Shown one piece after another: positions 58,775-64,000 of a stretch of DNA of 64,000 nt. The notes under the pieces were generated by a model, which saw only the letters and a program-made list of their open reading frames with translations, did no database searches and was not told where the DNA came from. The position numbers and the translations under genes are program-made. The DNA is from Pecten maximus (Eukaryota), in assembly GCF_902652985.1 (NCBI RefSeq), contig NC_047022.1:17794001-17858000 (forward strand). Reading direction: 5' to 3'. How positions within the stretch are numbered: position 1 is the stretch's first letter; the number at the start of each line of letters is the position of its first letter.

Positions 58775-60883
58775 CAAACAACATTCCTTCCAATGTAAGA
58801 GTTGTTGTTCTTATTTTCACTTATATACTAAAGCTCAAAGCTGAGTTATGCGATATCTTACCCCCGAACGTTGCTTCTAACATTCATTTCCTTCTTAGAA
58901 ATAGAGACGATTTCATCGTTCCGAAATCCAGTATAAATCCATCCTTCCTACGATAATTTTTTCTCCGAAGGAATAGGTTAGACTCTGATTAAAAATCCTT
59001 ACTATATCCGAATCCACAAGTGTAATTATGGGATTCATGTAAAACTATTTGACTTAAATCAATTAATTTTTCAAAACATTTGCTCGTTTGAATTGTATAA
59101 TATTTGTTAAATTATGTCAAATACAAGATGGAGTTCAATTTCGAGCAAGAAGTATATTCAGTAAATGCATTTTTGAAACATACGAGGGTAAGGCACCGCT
59201 TGATGTATAAAGTAACATGCATTCTGTAAATAATAATTTACTTGCAGTTGTAAAAAGTAAGAGCCTGACTCCAAAATTAGGCACAGATAACCAACTCAGT
59301 GACGTATTTTAAACCAAACATAGACTCGTGTATTTTTAGAAGCAAAATTAGCCGTGATGTTTATTTTTTGGATTAAAAGTATTTAATATTAAAGTCCGTG
59401 AAGTACGAAAAGTGATTTTCTTCAGCTAACGTCTCGTACTCGAGAACATACCAAGACCAAAATTGCGTGATAGGGTACATAGATGAATGTTCCTGGTTCG
59501 TGGTTATATAAACTCTCAAATATTATGATTACTGTATTTTCTGCATTGATAATACGGGATTATTCATTAGATGATTAGTCTTCAATTGTATCCTGTTCAC
59601 ATTCAATTTGACACTCATTATCAGATTAATCGTGGCTGGCATGCAACTAAGATTGCCACGATAAAGAACGGTACTCAAAACAAACACACAATAACTGGAT
59701 AACTGTTCATCAGAAAAACTTTGACATGCATGTATAACAATTTGTTAATGCTATACGACTGATTAAACAAATAAACCGAAACCATTATGAGGCGAACCGT
59801 AACTGATACGCAAATCGAGCACACCTATCTACTGTAATACTTTATATGACTTTTCATTCCACTCATCCTCACCATAAATCAAATTCCTTAAAATCCGTGT
59901 TCACTTAAAATATTGACCACGTATAACTATCACACTACCATACAGGCTGCCGTCGGTTGAACTTTTGACGTCACAGCAAAAAAGCTGATCAGCAATAGAT
60001 CGACAGGTGCAAATCGCGCACTTTGGAGCAGGATATCTTGGTATTGAACAAACCGAATTTGATACTATTTTCAAATTCTTTGTGGGGAACAAATTCAATA
60101 AATCAAAATGCTTTAAGTGATCTTTGAATGAGATGGTTTACAGATAACATGGAGTGTTTGTAAAATCGTAGATACGGGTTCTATGAAGTAGAATATGCAA
60201 TGCGTAGCTATGGATAAACCCCGACTTGTACACTTGTACCTGTACACGTGTTGTGTCTTTTTAGATGGGTTGGTTTGAAAGTAATTAAATGAGAGGACAG
60301 ATATACAAATGATGTTTTAATAGTCTTTTTTCAAAGATGATTGGAGTCTTTTGAAAGACAGTTCATATATATTGTTATTCTGTCGTCGTGTGTTTCTTGT
60401 CAGAAGTTATGGTATTCGAAGTAAATGCAACGATAGCCGAGTCAGAGAAGCATGCAGTGTGTTATTATCGGCAAGTATGTTCTTTATCTAATACATACTT
60501 TATATTTTCATTCTGGCGATATGTTATTTAGTTTCATTAGAAGGAATTTGTATTGGCTACAAAGGAAGATATTGTAAGTATCCTATCTTTAAGCATGTAT
60601 ACATCAAAACCCCTTCTTAGTTCTTAAAATGAAAACATCAAAAGCACAACGAATACTTTTAAAAGCTTTCTGATACCGATAACGCAATAGGCCGTGACAG
60701 ATGACTTCGAACAATGCCGATGGACACATTCTATGACAAGAAAAAGCCAAGCCATTTGTATAATTTCCCACTTTGTAATGTTAACGATTGCTGTATAGCC
60801 GATCGATTTTTATAAAAGCGGGTTTATTGTAAGAAGAACATGAAGCTACCTGTGAAGACCAAACACGCTGGCACACACTATAG

Positions 60884-61297
60884 GTAAGTACATCTGAAAT
60901 CTACAATGTTCATGTTAATATAGTAGTTATTTTTAAAAACAATTGATCTTAACGCACCTAAAGAAGTCCAGCGTATGCTGGTATTTGTAAAGTTCTCCTT
61001 GCTAGTTGTATTTTAACACAATCTTAGTAGTTATTTAAGAGTACATATCATTCATAGTTGCTCCCGATTAAATTCCCCGATCGGAAGTGAAAAAGTACGC
61101 GGACATCTATCCGACCACGTGGGTTTTCCCCGAGTATTCCGATTTCTTCCGCTACTGAGACAAATCACAGCAAGCTCTATTCATATAGGTTGAAATCAAG
61201 TTAATATTTTATCTTTGGCTGTGAGTTTAAAGTTTTAATAATGGTGTTAAGACTAAGAAATTTTACCAAGCCACACTTTACTTTCGTGTCATTTCAG
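60884..61297 (+). other. 5'-UTR intron of FucT copy 3
   Basis: Conserved donor and acceptor. Confidence 0.75.
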
Positions 61298-61306
61298 GTT
61301 TAAAAA

Positions 61307-62656
61307 ATGGAATTACGACGATCGATAACGACAGACCGGTTATTTATCGCAGTCTGTCTTTTGTATGCGTTAATACTTACGGTACTGTATATACAACTCC
61401 ACAAAACCACAAGGGTCAAGACTACGGTGACAAATACAACATTCGACAAGGATTTTCGGACAGTAAACAACAAATCAGTCAACTTCGTATTCAGAACTGA
61501 TACACAACTCTACAAAACACTACTACCTAGACATATCAGTGTCGGGTCTACGGGGGTAAATACGACCAAAGATGAAGAGTTTCGTGCAATAAACAAAACA
61601 TCGGTAAACTTCCTATCTACAATTACTATTCTTGCATATAGTCGCTCTCGATGGATGACCGAGTGGATCAGTTCTAAACTGGACCCATCTTTCGTATTTC
61701 AGTCATGCCCATTATCTAAAAACTGCATTCTGACCACAAACCGTTCATTGGTCAATAAGGCGGATGCAGTGGTATTTAATTGGACAACTCTTTGGAGAGA
61801 AAAGAAAAAATTGAAAAAACGGAAGCCAGGTCAAGCTTGGATTTTGTTGGAAATGGAGGCACCAGATCATTACCATTCCCGTCATCAAAACACTAAGTTC
61901 AAACATATCAACTGGACCGCCAGTTACAGACGGGATTCGGACTTCACATTGCCATATGGGGAGTTCGTTCAGCACGACACAGGCTACAAAGTGAGTGAGC
62001 AATATGAATTATTGCGATCAAAATCAAAAACAGCTGTCGGCTTTATAAGTCATTGTAACGCTTCTTCAAAACGGGAGGAATTTATACGTAAACTTCGATC
62101 ATACGGAGTGGATATCGATATATACGGCGAATGTGGAAACCTTAAATGTGGTGGGGATAGAAAGACAAAATGGATGCATGTTTGGAATGTGACACAAACT
62201 CATCCGGATCCTTGCTTAAAAGTACTAAATACAAAGTATAAATTTTATCTATCGTTTGAAAATGCTTTATGTGAAGATTACGTCAGCGAAAAGTCTCTCC
62301 ACCATGTTTTAAGTAAACAAATTGTACCAGTGGTTAGAAGTGGTGCAAATCCAACATTGTTTCATCCGCCACAATCCTCTCTTAATACCAAAGATTTTAA
62401 AAACATTAAATCACTTGCTAAACGTATGATATTTTTATCAGAAAACTTTGACCAGTACTTGAAGTATTTTGATTGGAGGAGGCATTATACCGTTGAAACT
62501 CTAACTAACTCGTTACAGTCTGTGTACTGTGATATGTGTCATCGTTTACATCATCAGGACAGATACAAACGACTGTATGGAAATTTGAATAATTTTTTAT
62601 CTAAATCTCACGACACAAATAGTGATGGTATTTGTAAAGAGGCAAACGACCTATAA
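61307..62656 (+). CDS. Alpha-1,3-fucosyltransferase (GT10 family), copy 3, 449 aa
   Basis: Intact ORF, nearly identical to copy 2 apart from a 6-bp in-frame deletion in the stem and scattered substitutions. Confidence 0.95.
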   Translation: MELRRSITTDRLFIAVCLLYALILTVLYIQLHKTTRVKTTVTNTTFDKDFRTVNNKSVNFVFRTDTQLYKTLLPRHISVGSTGVNTTKDEEFRAINKTSVNFLSTITILAYSRSRWMTEWISSKLDPSFVFQSCPLSKNCILTTNRSLVNKADAVVFNWTTLWREKKKLKKRKPGQAWILLEMEAPDHYHSRHQNTKFKHINWTASYRRDSDFTLPYGEFVQHDTGYKVSEQYELLRSKSKTAVGFISHCNASSKREEFIRKLRSYGVDIDIYGECGNLKCGGDRKTKWMHVWNVTQTHPDPCLKVLNTKYKFYLSFENALCEDYVSEKSLHHVLSKQIVPVVRSGANPTLFHPPQSSLNTKDFKNIKSLAKRMIFLSENFDQYLKYFDWRRHYTVETLTNSLQSVYCDMCHRLHHQDRYKRLYGNLNNFLSKSHDTNSDGICKEANDL

Positions 62657-63932
62657 GCTGGTCTTATGGCAAAAAGCATTTCTATTGCAAATAAACATCT
62701 TTGTATGAACAATTTTGATTACGTCATAATCACTTGTGTTCAACTTTTGTGTACAATACCCTCTGTAGTAGCTTGCTCTTTTTTCATTTTTTTTCATCGA
62801 ATGTGATGAACTGGCTTTAAGATACAAAGATTTTGACCAAGATTTAGGCTTACTACATGAAGATAAATAGTGCTGTAGTGATAATTTTATTTCACTTTGA
62901 CTCGTATGAAGAATGAATTGAAATTATCAAGAATTTTGCCATTCGATTTTTCATGTGGGTGAAATCCCAAAAGTTTTCCCCGCAAGAACAAATATCCTGG
63001 TCGTTCGTCTTTGTATCCGTCCGTTGGTCGGTCGCAGTACAAGCTACAAATGTTCACAATTGATAAAGTTTTAAAAATGACGTGCTTTTAGATGATGGTA
63101 TTGCTTTAGTATTATCAAACAGGCTCTGTTTAAATTACCTACGACTCACATATCACACGCGGTCACAACCAGCTCATATTTTGTATAGATGTCTGACTGT
63201 CCAGTTCGAATTGAAGCTGGAGATAACCAAGTACACAGTCTAGTCATTATTCTTCTGTTCAGAGTTTTTTCGTGATAATAATTTTCCGATTCAATCGACA
63301 AATGAATGTTTCAATTAAATCACACTATCTGCAGATTGTTTGATGGTAAATGTACATACATATTTGTGTGCATAATCGTATTTTAGTCTTAATAATACCG
63401 TTCGATCATCATCTATTGATGGTTTAATCTTAACACAAACCCTTTGATTTGCACAAGTACTAATAACTGTAGACTTAGATAGAAAATACATGTTACATGT
63501 GACTAAAATATACTGATTAAATGTTGCTTTGGTCGAGTCCGAAGGATGATGAATTGAATCGCTCTTGTGAAAAATCTACATAAGACAAATTCAACATAAA
63601 CTGCTAAATCGCGAACAACTCTTTTCATGAACCTATTAAATCGACAAAGGCAAAATTCAATTCTTAACTAAAGCTTGATTTTTGTAATGGATGTTGATAA
63701 AAGAAGTCGTTGTACTTTTTAATCTAACTAATAATTAAACGCTTGCTTGATTATATTTATTGTCAATATCAATTACAATATGAGTGACATATAAATAGAA
63801 TGGCGCACGTTTATATGTCACCCAGATTGTATAGATATTGGCAACAAATACAATCTAACAAGCGTTCGATTGTTATATTTACATTTACTTATGTTTATCA
63901 CTTGCAGATACGTGTTATCTTTGTATCTATGT

Positions 63933-64000
63933 GGGGCCGCGGTGGCCGAGCGGTTAAGGTGTCCTGACACTTTATCACTAGCCCTCCACCTCTGGGTTGC
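63933..64000 (+). mobile_element. tRNA-derived SINE 5' end (duplicated with the segment, cut by the window edge)
   Basis: Same flank and sequence as 54509. Confidence 0.9.

Larger units (their letters stand above)
57028..64000 (+). repeat. Segmental (tandem) duplication unit, a direct copy of about 41270-54580 lacking 43086-48795 and the Crypton
   Basis: Near-identical collinear sequence including the FucT pseudogene, spacer, FucT gene, 3' flank and SINE. Confidence 0.92.

Overview
AT-rich, repeat-dense eukaryotic DNA. It is most likely a bivalve mollusc, possibly a scallop; this is inferred from the SINE and transposon types and is not proven. The only intact host genes are three single-coding-exon GT10 alpha-1,3-fucosyltransferase paralogues (20652-22007 minus; 51876-53231 plus; 61307-62656 plus). 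Two 3'-only pseudogene fragments accompany them. The genes sit in duplicated head-to-head cassettes, and the promoter-bearing spacer appears inverted in one cassette. The rest is transposable elements: decayed Gypsy integrase relics, a Tc1 DD34E transposase, a three-level nest (TTAA-TIR element > MULE-like element > RTE-X-like LINE with an open RT ORF), an ISL2EU-like element, a CR1 fragment, a solo LTR, a Gypsy 5' half, an Ngaro/DIRS-type tyrosine-recombinase retrotransposon carrying an SGNH esterase, an L1/Tx1 element, a Crypton-like element, MITEs, SINEs and three minisatellites. The most interesting candidates are (i) a phase-compatible splice that would fuse the Ngaro Gag N-terminus to the SGNH esterase, skipping RT/RH/YR like an env-type subgenomic mRNA, (ii) the apparently invertible fucosyltransferase promoter cassette, and (iii) a decayed spliced BEND5-N-like gene wrapped around the Tc1 transposase. 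All calls were made by eye with no searches run, and boundaries without a stated TSD or TIR are approximate.
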